A stretch of DNA of 63,445 bases, the filler included. It is 6 parts of 6 records of this genome, joined end to end, with 100 filler letters (N's around TTAATTAATTAA, not from the genome) between each part and the next. Parts side by side here need not be neighbours in the genome. Positions count along the whole stretch, not along the records: positions 27,104 to 37,219 come from SRR20825010_4172; positions 37,320 to 41,900 come from SRR20825010_4185; 4 more parts are not named here. The stretch is one strand, 5' to 3'. Numbering within the stretch: position 1 is the stretch's first letter; each line of letters opens with the position of its first letter. Made by a program: the position numbers and the translations under genes. Below, piece by piece: positions 28,176 through 37,597 of the stretch. Below the pieces are notes generated by a model. It was given only the letters and a program-made list of their open reading frames with translations, was not told where the DNA came from and did not search any database.

Positions 28176-30295
28176 TGAAACAACTAACATACCTAATATT
28201 ATTTTTAACTGTAAGCTTTGGTTTTGCTCAAAAGGTTCAAATAATGGATTCTTTAGTAGTAAACGATTTGGAGGAAGTAGTAGTTACTGGACAGTACAAT
28301 CCGCAGTCGGTAAAAAAATCGGTTTATGAAGTTACTGTAATCAGTCAAGCAGACATAAATCGTCAAGCAGGAAACAATTTGGCAGATGTTTTAAATCAGA
28401 CTTTAAATATTTCAATTCTTCCAAATGCTTCCACTGGGAAATCAAGTATAAAAATGTTTGGTTTAGACGGTCAATATGTCAAAATTTTGGTAGATAATAT
28501 TCCGCTAGTAAACGATGAAGGTTTTGGAAATAATACCGATTTAACGCAAATTAATTTAGATGATATTGAACAGATTGAAATTGTTGAGGGCGCCATGGGA
28601 GTTCAATATGGAGCAGATGCCGTTGCGGGTGTTATTAATATTATTACCAAAAAATCGGCTAATTACAAATGGCAAATAAGACCCTATTTACAAGAAGAAA
28701 CCATTGGAGATGAGTATGGGTGGTTTGATAAAGGAAGGCATATTCAATCGTTAAGTGTTTCTAATAATATATCTGAAAAGTTATATGCTAATATTACTGC
28801 CACACGAAACGATTTTGCAGGATTATGGGGAGATAAGCAGGGAGAAAGTTATCAATATAACGATGGAAAGCGTGGCTATGAGTGGCTTCCTAAATTGCAA
28901 TACAACACAAAAGGGATGTTGAGCTATCAAGCTGAAAACATGAAAATGTTTTACAAGTTTGAATATTTTAATGAAAAAGTTTCTCGTTACGATTCCGTAG
29001 TAAGAGAAAATTACAACCCTTCCACACAAACACGAAATCCTATTTCTTCGGACGAAATATTTACTTCCCAAAGATTTATGCATCATTTAAATGCAAACGG
29101 AAGTTTTAATAGCGGAATTTTATACAATGTTTCGCTTTCTTTTCAGCAACAAAAGAAAAATGCAGAAACGTATAACTATAGAATTTTAGAAGAAGAAAAG
29201 TTTGATATAGCAGAATTTGAATACGAATCGCGTAGCATATACTATTCCAAAGGAACGTTTAGTAATTTTTTAAATGAAAATGCCTTTGATTTTCAAGTTG
29301 GTTATGAGATTAGTCAAAATGAAGGGTATGCCTCTTCTATCTCTGGAGATTATGATGGAGAGAATATCCGTAGAAAAATAGGCTCTTATGATGTGTTTGC
29401 ATCTGCAGAATACGTACCAAATAGTAGGCTTTCATTCCGACCAGGAGCTCGGGTTTTCTTTTCAAACAAATTTGATACGCAAACCGCTTTAGAATTGTCT
29501 TCTAAATACCTTTTTAAAAATAAGATGGAGGTTAGAGCGGTTGTAGGTACAGCGCCAAGAATGCCAAATTTTACAGAGCTGTATTCTTATTTCGTAGATG
29601 CCAATCATGATGTACGAGGTAATGAAGACTTAAAACCAGAAGAGGGAATTTCTGCTTTTATTCATGCTAAAAAAATCTTCGAGTTTCAGAATAATTTCAG
29701 CTTAAGGAGCAAATTATCTGTTGGATATATAGATGTAGACGACCGTATTGAACTCATCATTGTAAATAGTTCTCCTTTAGCATATCAGTATACTAATATT
29801 GACAAATATAAAACATGGAATGTATCGTTTTCTAATGGATTTATGTATCAAAATATTAGTGGGAATTTAGGAATTTCCTACTCGGGAGTTTCTAAAGTTT
29901 TAGAAGGGAGAAATTATGATGACGATTATTTAAAGGCATTACAACTAAATGCAAGTTTGTCTTATAGTGTTCCTCAATGGAATACCACTTTTTCAACATA
30001 TTTTAAACACAACGGACCCGAATATCAGTTTTTGCAAGATCAAGATGAAAATGGAGAAACAATATTAATTAGAGGCAAACAAGATGCGTATAGTTGGTGG
30101 GATGCGTCGATACGAAAGGCATTTTACAACAACAAACTTCAGCTAACTCTTGGTGCAAGAAATTTATTAGATGTTACTAGGGTAAACAGCACATCTGTGA
30201 GTGGCGGGGTGCATTCGGGACCTCCCTCTAATGTGCTCTTGGGGTACGGAAGATCCTACTTTATAAAACTATTATATAATTTAAATTTTAACTAG
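28175..30295 (+). CDS. TonB-dependent outer membrane receptor, HmuR/heme-type
   Basis: TonB box LEEVVVTG, plug IEQIEIVEG..YGADAVAGVINIITK, FRAP/NPNL-like PRMP..NH..GNEDLKPE with an intervening His, and C-terminal YNLNFN. Confidence 0.88.
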   Translation: MKQLTYLILFLTVSFGFAQKVQIMDSLVVNDLEEVVVTGQYNPQSVKKSVYEVTVISQADINRQAGNNLADVLNQTLNISILPNASTGKSSIKMFGLDGQYVKILVDNIPLVNDEGFGNNTDLTQINLDDIEQIEIVEGAMGVQYGADAVAGVINIITKKSANYKWQIRPYLQEETIGDEYGWFDKGRHIQSLSVSNNISEKLYANITATRNDFAGLWGDKQGESYQYNDGKRGYEWLPKLQYNTKGMLSYQAENMKMFYKFEYFNEKVSRYDSVVRENYNPSTQTRNPISSDEIFTSQRFMHHLNANGSFNSGILYNVSLSFQQQKKNAETYNYRILEEEKFDIAEFEYESRSIYYSKGTFSNFLNENAFDFQVGYEISQNEGYASSISGDYDGENIRRKIGSYDVFASAEYVPNSRLSFRPGARVFFSNKFDTQTALELSSKYLFKNKMEVRAVVGTAPRMPNFTELYSYFVDANHDVRGNEDLKPEEGISAFIHAKKIFEFQNNFSLRSKLSVGYIDVDDRIELIIVNSSPLAYQYTNIDKYKTWNVSFSNGFMYQNISGNLGISYSGVSKVLEGRNYDDDYLKALQLNASLSYSVPQWNTTFSTYFKHNGPEYQFLQDQDENGETILIRGKQDAYSWWDASIRKAFYNNKLQLTLGARNLLDVTRVNSTSVSGGVHSGPPSNVLLGYGRSYFIKLLYNLNFN

Positions 30296-30301
30296 ACAAT
30301 C

Positions 30302-31786
30302 ATGAAAAACAAGTTTTTAATCTTAAACCTCTTTGTTTTATTTATACTCGCATCCTGTAGTGATGACGATACTAAAACTACGCAAGAATTTGTAGTAGCT
30401 TTCGAAAATCCTTCGGTAAGTTTAACTACGGAAGAAGAAACAAAGGAAGTTAAGTTAGTGTTTTCTAGAAACGCAGCAGAAAACGGTACGGCTACAATTA
30501 CCTACACAACGGTAAATGCAGAATATGACACACATTTTACAACCAATCCAGCATCGGAAGAGGGTACTATTACAGTTCCTGTAACCGCTGGGAGTAATTC
30601 GGCGACTTTTACCCTTAATAAATTACAAAACCCAATTGAAGGAACCGAAATGTCGGTTACTTTTAAGTTAGCTTCTATTTCAAATCCAGAAAGTAGCATA
30701 CAAGGAAATACTTCGTTAGCGGTTAGTTTTACAGAAAGCGCTGCTCTTGGTGGGGTTTTATCTCCAGATTGGGGAGGTTCTACATATCCTAATCAAGTAT
30801 TTATTGATTTGAGTTCTCAAAAAATGACTCCAATTAAAAGAGATACGTGGGAGCTCGCTTTTTATTCTGGATCAGAAAATAGAGTGTTTTTAAATCCTGC
30901 ATTGAGAGTTTCAGCAGCAGAATTAACTCAGTTTACAGATATAAATGCGGTAACTAGCTCAACAGTTTTCGATCCACCATTAGTCATAAATAGTTTTGAT
31001 TTATTTACACAATCTTTTAAAGAGGTAACCGTAAATTCAGTTGAAGAATATAAAGTAGGAGTAAAAGTTTCGTATTCAATGTATGAACCATATGTTGATA
31101 CATCTACAGGAGAATTAGAGGGAACTGCAATATCCGAAATTGCTGTAAATGATGAAGAGAACAAAGTTTATTTGGTTTATATGGGAACTGAAATTGAAGA
31201 TACACCCGCAGAACCAGGAAAGATAAATACTGGGTCTGTAGATAGAGGGTGGTACAAAATAAGAGTTACAATGGAAGGGGATAGTTACAAGTTGAAATAT
31301 GCGCCTTTAGATGCTACGGATTATTCTGAGGTGTTAATAAGTAAAACTCCGCAATATAACAGTACTGCTTTTAGTTTGACAAATAATAAAGCATTATCTG
31401 TAGAACCAGCAAAAGCAGAATGGGATCTTAATTTTTCAGGAGTTTTTGCAACTGAAATTGGAACTACTTATTCAGATTTTGTTTTACACAATACTTTAGG
31501 TGGGACAGGGGTATATGAAGTAGTGATAGAAGATGGAATAAAGTCTTATGAAGATTTTACGATGAGCGATGTAATAGAAGACTCATTAGTATTTGATAAA
31601 AAGAATATTATAGGAAGTGGATGGAGATCTACAACAGGACCTTCTTCATCAACGCCTGTAGCAAAGAATGATAGATATTATGTTCTCAAAGACCCCGATG
31701 GAAATTATTATAAAATCCGTTTTACTGCTTTGTTAAGTGAAAGTGGAGAGCGTGGATATCCTAAATTTGAATATAATTTGTTGTAA
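30302..31786 (+). CDS. Long HmuY-family lipoprotein with N-terminal Calx-beta/Ig-like domain
   Basis: Lipobox LASC-SDDD. NQVFIDLS, WELAF/WDLNF, YYVLKDPDGNYYKIRF and GERGYPKFEY. Confidence 0.82.
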   Translation: MKNKFLILNLFVLFILASCSDDDTKTTQEFVVAFENPSVSLTTEEETKEVKLVFSRNAAENGTATITYTTVNAEYDTHFTTNPASEEGTITVPVTAGSNSATFTLNKLQNPIEGTEMSVTFKLASISNPESSIQGNTSLAVSFTESAALGGVLSPDWGGSTYPNQVFIDLSSQKMTPIKRDTWELAFYSGSENRVFLNPALRVSAAELTQFTDINAVTSSTVFDPPLVINSFDLFTQSFKEVTVNSVEEYKVGVKVSYSMYEPYVDTSTGELEGTAISEIAVNDEENKVYLVYMGTEIEDTPAEPGKINTGSVDRGWYKIRVTMEGDSYKLKYAPLDATDYSEVLISKTPQYNSTAFSLTNNKALSVEPAKAEWDLNFSGVFATEIGTTYSDFVLHNTLGGTGVYEVVIEDGIKSYEDFTMSDVIEDSLVFDKKNIIGSGWRSTTGPSSSTPVAKNDRYYVLKDPDGNYYKIRFTALLSESGERGYPKFEYNLL

Positions 31787-31787
31787 G

Positions 31788-32234
31788 ATGAAAGCAGTTA
31801 GTATTTTATTTATAATCCTTCGATTGTTTTTAGGCGGACTCATGATTTATGGAGGAATTCATAAGTTTGAACAACCAAGTCCTACCCCAATTGAAGTGTT
31901 TCAGAAAGCCGAAAAATTCTCATCTCCAGAGAAGGAAAGTACCCTTCAAAAAATACTTTATATAAGTGGCGCAAAGCAAACAGGCTACTTTTGGCAGGTA
32001 TTGGGGATTTGTGAGATTTTATTTGGACTCTTATTAATTATCCAAGGAACAAGTTTTATAGGAGCTATTTTTTTACTTCCTATAACCCTACATATTTTTC
32101 TGTTTCATTATTTTTTGGAAAGGGAAGAAACAGGAGAATTACTAAAAACCTTAGCCTTTTTTGCCATCAATCTTGCTTTAGTTCTTAAGGAATATAAAAA
32201 ATGGAAACCTCTAGTTTGGATAAGACCAATTTAG
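31788..32234 (+). CDS. DoxX-like membrane protein
   Basis: LRLFLGGLMIYGGIHKF, TGYFWQVLGICEI and four hydrophobic segments. ATG 1 nt after the hmuY stop. Confidence 0.8.
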   Translation: MKAVSILFIILRLFLGGLMIYGGIHKFEQPSPTPIEVFQKAEKFSSPEKESTLQKILYISGAKQTGYFWQVLGICEILFGLLLIIQGTSFIGAIFLLPITLHIFLFHYFLEREETGELLKTLAFFAINLALVLKEYKKWKPLVWIRPI

Positions 32235-32298
32235 AGAGAAGAAATTTAATTGACTTTTAGTCAGTTAGATAATTAGTTATTCATTAATTCATGTGGTT

Positions 32299-32332
32299 AG
32301 AGGCGCTTTTTAAAGAGAGCGCCTCTTTTTTT
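32299..32332 (+). terminator. Intrinsic terminator closing the receptor-hmuY-doxX operon
   Basis: AGAGGCGCT-N10-AGCGCCTCT followed by a T-run. Confidence 0.85.
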
Positions 32333-32368
32333 ATTGAATATTAATATATTGCATAAAAAAACGAACGA

Positions 32369-33145
32369 ATGTTAAAACATACCTTTCGCTATTTTTTAGT
32401 AGCTAGCTTCATCTTTTTTGTGTCTTGTGCTAAGGATGACGATTCACAGGAAACAAATAATCCCACAAAATCTGCTAATAGACAGGGTACAGGAGATTCA
32501 GCTAACGATTTTTTATCCGAAGATAATTTTACAGATTTAGTTATTGAAGTGGTGTATGTTGAAGGATTTGAGCCTTCGCAAAGCTCTTTAGATAATTTAG
32601 TTTCTTTTATCAATCAGCGTTGTTACAAATCTGGAGGTGTGGAAATAAATAAGCGTTCTATAGTTTCTCCTAATAAGGAGTTATTTACCATTGAGGAGAT
32701 AGATAGTATTGAGAAGGAAATAAGAACACACTATAATTCTGGAAGTAGATTAGCATTGTTTGCTTTTTTTGTGGATGGAGAATACAAGGACAACGATGAG
32801 AATTCGGTAGTTCTAGGAGTGGCATATAGAAATACATCATTTGTTATCTTTGAAGAAACCATACAAAAGTTTAGTAATGATTTTACAGAGCCTAGTCGTG
32901 TGCTATTGGAATCTACCGTTTATAGGCATGAGTTTTCTCATCTTTTAGGGCTTGTAGATTTGGGTTCCGAAATGCAAACAGACCATCTTGATACAGAAAA
33001 CGGACATCATTGTGATGTTGAAACTTGTTTGATGAATTACCGTGTGGAGTCTGGTATTAATATAGGGGGAATGATTTCAGAAGAAAATATTCCCAAATTA
33101 GATAGTCAATGTTTAGCCGATCTTCGTGCCAATGGAGGAAGGTAG
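32369..33145 (+). CDS. Lipoprotein zinc metalloprotease (zincin)
   Basis: Lipobox FVSC. HEFSHLLGL followed by HHCDVETCLM. Confidence 0.8.
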   Translation: MLKHTFRYFLVASFIFFVSCAKDDDSQETNNPTKSANRQGTGDSANDFLSEDNFTDLVIEVVYVEGFEPSQSSLDNLVSFINQRCYKSGGVEINKRSIVSPNKELFTIEEIDSIEKEIRTHYNSGSRLALFAFFVDGEYKDNDENSVVLGVAYRNTSFVIFEETIQKFSNDFTEPSRVLLESTVYRHEFSHLLGLVDLGSEMQTDHLDTENGHHCDVETCLMNYRVESGINIGGMISEENIPKLDSQCLADLRANGGR

Positions 33146-33189
33146 TTTCCTATAAATAGTTTAACTTTAAGCTATATTATAATTAGTGG

Positions 33190-34554
33190 ATGGAAAAAGA
33201 AAATAATTTAGTTAAAGGTAATATTCTTAATTCACTTTTAGGATTAGCCTTTCCAATTATTATGGCTAATATACTACAAACCATGTATCAATTAATTGAT
33301 ACATTTTGGTTGGGGAGATTGGGTGCAAATGCAGTAGCAAGTGTAAGTTTAAGTTTTCCTATTTTGTTTTTAGTATTATCATTGGGAGGTGGATTAACAC
33401 TTGGAGGTACGGTTATAGTATCTCAGCACAAAGGAGCAGGAGACCAAAAAATGGTAAATTATTCTGCTTCTCAAACTGTAATTGTAATTTTTTTTATTTC
33501 TATTTTCTTAGCCTTTTTAGGCTACTATTTAGCCGATCCACTTATGAGATTAGTGGGAGCAGGTCCAGAAATATTAAACGATTCTGTTACCTATTTTAAG
33601 GTTTCTTCATGGGGATTTATTTTTCTATTTATGTTTTTCGTATACCAATCGCTAATGCGTGGAATTGGTAATGTTTTAATTCCGATGTATATCGTTTTAG
33701 CTACCGTTATTCTTAACCTTATTTTGGATCCTCTGTTTATATTTGGTTACGGTTCTATCCCTGGTTATGGAGTTGCGGGTGCTGCTATTGCAAGTATAAT
33801 TACACAAGGAATTTCTGCTATGGCAGGAATGTGGATTCTCTTCCGAGGAAAAAGGGGGATTAAAATTAAGTTTTCCCATATGAAATTCGATTTTAAATGG
33901 GTTAAAAACTTGTTTGTTATTGGAATTCCTTCCAGTTTAGATCAATCCAGTAGAGCAACTGCAATGACAGCAATGGTTATGCTAGTTACAAGTTTTAGTA
34001 GTGATGTGGTGGCAGCCTATGGAATTGGTGCTAGAATATTGAGTTTAGTAATTGTTCCCGCTTTGGGATTATCTATTGCAACCACTAGTTTGGTGGGGCA
34101 AAATATTGGAGCAGGGAGGATTGATAGAGCAGAAAAAGTAGGGGATTTAAGTGCGTTAATTGCCGCAATAGGACTTACTTTTCTAGGGATGTTGTTGTTT
34201 TTTTTTGCTGAACCCTTAACTCGATTTTTTGTTCCAGACGATGAAAATGTGATTCAAATAGGAGCTAAATTCATTAAAATAATGTCGCCTAGCTTTGGTC
34301 TGTTAGGAGTGCAACAAGTTTTAAATGGGGTATTTAATGGAGCTGGTTTTACTAAAGTTTCCATGTTAATTTCTATTATAGCTTTATGGGTGGTTCGGTT
34401 TCCTGTTGGCTTTATGTTATCCAATAAAACACCTTTGGATTATGAAGGGATTTGGTGGGCTTTTCCTATTTCCAACGCCCTCGCTGCAATTATAGCGTTT
34501 GTATATTATAAAAGAGGAGCGTGGAAATATAAAGATTCAATACTACAAATATAA
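33190..34554 (+). CDS. MATE family efflux transporter
   Basis: About 12 TM. QLIDTFWLGRLG, LNLILDPLFIFG and GQNIGAG. Confidence 0.93.
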   Translation: MEKENNLVKGNILNSLLGLAFPIIMANILQTMYQLIDTFWLGRLGANAVASVSLSFPILFLVLSLGGGLTLGGTVIVSQHKGAGDQKMVNYSASQTVIVIFFISIFLAFLGYYLADPLMRLVGAGPEILNDSVTYFKVSSWGFIFLFMFFVYQSLMRGIGNVLIPMYIVLATVILNLILDPLFIFGYGSIPGYGVAGAAIASIITQGISAMAGMWILFRGKRGIKIKFSHMKFDFKWVKNLFVIGIPSSLDQSSRATAMTAMVMLVTSFSSDVVAAYGIGARILSLVIVPALGLSIATTSLVGQNIGAGRIDRAEKVGDLSALIAAIGLTFLGMLLFFFAEPLTRFFVPDDENVIQIGAKFIKIMSPSFGLLGVQQVLNGVFNGAGFTKVSMLISIIALWVVRFPVGFMLSNKTPLDYEGIWWAFPISNALAAIIAFVYYKRGAWKYKDSILQI

Positions 34555-34746
34555 TTTGATGCCTTTTGTAGTCTAAAGAAGTAAAAAAAGGCTAGAAATT
34601 GTAGTAGAAATAACTCAAATATTACAAAATATAACATTTCTGATAAACTATACACTAAGAAGTCTAAAATAAGCTTCCAACTTCTAATCCAAATTCTTAA
34701 ATTTGCACTTCCCAAAGAATGAGGGGCTAAAAAGAAGGAAAACAAT

Positions 34747-36075
34747 ATGTTCGATAATTTAAGCGATAAGTTAGATAAGGCGTTTCATGTATTAAAAGGA
34801 CATGGACAAATTACAGAGGTAAACGTAGCAGAAACACTTAAAGAAGTACGTCGTGCGTTACTTGATGCCGATGTTAACTTTAAAACAGCTAAAGAGTTTA
34901 CTAATACTGTAAAGGAAAAAGCTTTAGGGCAAGATGTATTAACTACATTGAAGCCAGGACAATTGATGGTGAAACTCGTTAAAGATGAGTTGATTGAGTT
35001 AATGGGAGGAGAAGCTGCTGGAGTTGACCTTTCTGGAAGTCCATCAGTTATTTTAATGGCAGGGTTACAAGGTTCGGGTAAAACTACCTTTTCTGGTAAA
35101 CTAGCAAACTTTCTAAAAACTAAAAAAACTAAGAAACCTCTTTTAGTAGCTTGTGATGTGTATCGTCCTGCTGCGATTGATCAGCTTCATGTTGTAGGAG
35201 ATCAAATAGGAGTGGAAGTTTTTTCTGATAAAGGAAATTCAGATCCTGTTGCAATTGCAAAAGCAGGGATTGAGCATGCTAAAGCAAATGGACATAATGT
35301 AGTTATTGTCGATACCGCTGGACGTTTGGCAGTAGATGAGGAAATGATGAATGAAATTTCTAATATTCACACTGCAATTACACCAAATGAAACTTTATTT
35401 GTGGTAGATTCTATGACGGGGCAAGATGCTGTAAATACTGCAAAAGCATTTAACGATGTATTGGATTTTAATGGGGTAATTCTTACCAAATTAGATGGTG
35501 ATACTCGTGGTGGAGCAGCGTTGTCAATTAAATCTGTTGTTAATAAGCCAATTAAATTTATTGGTACAGGGGAGAAGATGGATGCAATAGATGTTTTCTA
35601 TCCTTCTCGTATGGCAGATCGAATCCTTGGAATGGGAGATGTGGTTTCTTTAGTTGAAAGAGCTCAAGAGCAATATGACGAAGAAGAGGCTAGAAAACTT
35701 CATAAAAAAATTGCTAAAAATCAGTTTGGTTTTGATGACTTCCTAAGTCAGATTCAACAAATAAAAAAGATGGGAAGCATGAAGGATTTACTAGGAATGA
35801 TTCCTGGTGCCGGAAAAGCTTTAAAAGGAATGGATATAGATGACGACGCTTTTAAGGGAGTGGAAGCCATTATACATTCTATGACTCCAAGTGAGCGTTC
35901 TAATCCTTCTCTTTTAAACGGAAGTAGAAAAAAGCGTATTGCCAAAGGGAGTGGAACATCTATTCAAGAAGTGAATCAGCTGTTGAAGCAATTCAATCAA
36001 ATGAGTAAAATGATGAAGATGATGCAAGGCGGTGGTGGCCGTAAGATGATGCAGATGATGCAAGGAATGAAATAG
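34747..36075 (+). CDS. ffh: Signal recognition particle protein
   Basis: GLQGSGKTT, DTAGR, TKLDGDTRGG and a Met-rich M domain. Confidence 0.98.
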   Translation: MFDNLSDKLDKAFHVLKGHGQITEVNVAETLKEVRRALLDADVNFKTAKEFTNTVKEKALGQDVLTTLKPGQLMVKLVKDELIELMGGEAAGVDLSGSPSVILMAGLQGSGKTTFSGKLANFLKTKKTKKPLLVACDVYRPAAIDQLHVVGDQIGVEVFSDKGNSDPVAIAKAGIEHAKANGHNVVIVDTAGRLAVDEEMMNEISNIHTAITPNETLFVVDSMTGQDAVNTAKAFNDVLDFNGVILTKLDGDTRGGAALSIKSVVNKPIKFIGTGEKMDAIDVFYPSRMADRILGMGDVVSLVERAQEQYDEEEARKLHKKIAKNQFGFDDFLSQIQQIKKMGSMKDLLGMIPGAGKALKGMDIDDDAFKGVEAIIHSMTPSERSNPSLLNGSRKKRIAKGSGTSIQEVNQLLKQFNQMSKMMKMMQGGGGRKMMQMMQGMK

Positions 36076-36112
36076 ATTGTTTGTATCTAAAGCTTTAAAG
36101 TTTAAAGCTTTT

Positions 36113-36157
36113 ATGGCAACAATTAAGTATTTTGAAGGCTTGAAATTTTCAAAGTAG
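36113..36157 (+). pseudogene. Probable remnant of a four-helix-bundle (TIGR02436 / 23S rRNA IVP-like) gene
   Basis: Mini-ORF MATIKYFEGLKFSK* preceded by TTTAAAG tandem heptamers and followed by CCTTAAA-TCTTGAA. Confidence 0.5.
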
Positions 36158-36193
36158 AGACCTTAAATCTTGAACCAAATAATAAAATAAATA

Positions 36194-37078
36194 ATGGAAA
36201 TTTTAGACGGGAAAAAAATATCCAACCAAATAAAAGACGAAATAGCTGTTGAGGTTGATAAAATAAAAAAGAAAGGGGAAAAAGTTCCTCATTTAGCTGC
36301 TATTATTGTTGGGAATGATGGAGCTAGTCTTACGTATGTAGGAAGTAAAGTAAAAGCTTGTGAGCGTGTTGGATTTGAGTCTACATTAGTAAAAATGCCA
36401 AGCACAACAAGTGAGTTGGAATTGCTTAAAAAAATTGAAGAGCTTAATAAAGATGAAAATATAGACGGATTTATTGTACAGCTTCCTCTTCCAGAGCAAA
36501 TTAACGAGCAAAAAGTACTAATGGCTGTAGATCCAGATAAAGATGTAGATGGTTTTCATCCAATGAATTTTGGTAAAATGGCTTTGGATATGAGTACTTT
36601 TATCCCGGCTACTCCTTTTGGAATTTTAGAGCTTCTAGAAAGATATAATGTAGAAACTAAAGGAAAACATACGGTAGTTATTGGTCGTTCTCATATTGTT
36701 GGACGCCCAATGAGTATTTTAATGGGTAGAAAAGGGTTCCCTGGAAATTCTACAGTTACTTTAACTCACAGTCATACTAAAAATATAACGCAAATAACGT
36801 CTCAAGCAGATATTATCATTACCGCTTTAGGGCAACCAAATTATTTAAAAGCAGAAATGGTAAAAGATGATGTGGTTGTAATTGACGTTGGAATTACACG
36901 TGTTCCAGATGAAGATGCTCCTCGTGGATATAAAATTACAGGAGATGTAGATTTTGAAAATGTTAGTAAAAAAGCAAGCTATATTACTCCAGTGCCAGGT
37001 GGTGTTGGACCGATGACTATTGCAATGCTATTGAAAAATACATTGTTAGCGCGTGAGCGCCATAGAGCTAAAAACTAA
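36194..37078 (+). CDS. folD: Methylenetetrahydrofolate dehydrogenase/cyclohydrolase
   Basis: VQLPLP, KDVDGFHP, GRSHIVGRP and TPVPGGVGPMT. Confidence 0.98.
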   Translation: MEILDGKKISNQIKDEIAVEVDKIKKKGEKVPHLAAIIVGNDGASLTYVGSKVKACERVGFESTLVKMPSTTSELELLKKIEELNKDENIDGFIVQLPLPEQINEQKVLMAVDPDKDVDGFHPMNFGKMALDMSTFIPATPFGILELLERYNVETKGKHTVVIGRSHIVGRPMSILMGRKGFPGNSTVTLTHSHTKNITQITSQADIIITALGQPNYLKAEMVKDDVVVIDVGITRVPDEDAPRGYKITGDVDFENVSKKASYITPVPGGVGPMTIAMLLKNTLLARERHRAKN

Positions 37079-37195
37079 TTGGGTGTAAAATAATAATAAG
37101 AGCCTTGAATCCTTCATTGAGGGGTTTATACCCCAGAGTCTGTTCTGAGTATATCAAAGTGTTATACGTAGAAATGGATTAAATTATTATCCTTT

Positions 37196-37219
37196 GAATA
37201 CCTCGTAGGCTTGCCTCGA
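37196..37219. repeat. Short palindromic repeat at contig end (REP / IS200-IS605-end-like)
   Basis: GAATACCTCGTAGGCTTGCCTCGA hairpin cut by the contig end. A related degenerate ATACCCCAGAGTCTGTTCTG lies near 37128. Confidence 0.35.
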
Positions 37220-37319
37220 NNNNNNNNNNNNNNNNNNNNNNNNNNNNNNNNNNNNNNNNNNNNTTAATTAATTAANNNNNNNNNNNNNNNNNNNNNNNNN
37301 NNNNNNNNNNNNNNNNNNN
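37220..37319. other. Artificial contig linker
   Basis: 44 N + TTAATTAATTAA + 44 N. AT-rich to GC-rich jump. Confidence 0.99.
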
Positions 37320-37597
37320 GATATCGGGCGCATGACCTCAGCTCTCGGAAAAGGTCACTCGACTGGTGCTGTCTGACTGTTGGCGAATGACCGGCATTCG
37401 CTCGATTAGGGCGAAGTTCTTGAGACTCTTGCTGACAGCGAACTCAAGGAAAATGCGGCGGATGCGCCTTCGCCCGTTTCCAGGACATGTTAGAGCAGAG
37501 CCAGCCCCCCATACTCTCGGAGACATTGGTCAGCGCACCTGCAGCGACGACCGCATGCAGCCGTCTTCGCATCGGCGGCGTGGCTGCCCCGGCACGG

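Noticed and set aside
36001..36075. ATG-rich low-complexity repeat at the ffh 3' end
   Set aside because: This is the normal Met-rich M domain of Ffh.
37320..37597. Non-coding stretch downstream of the TetR gene with short ORFs
   Set aside because: No recognisable protein motif, terminal repeat or RNA structure could be supported.
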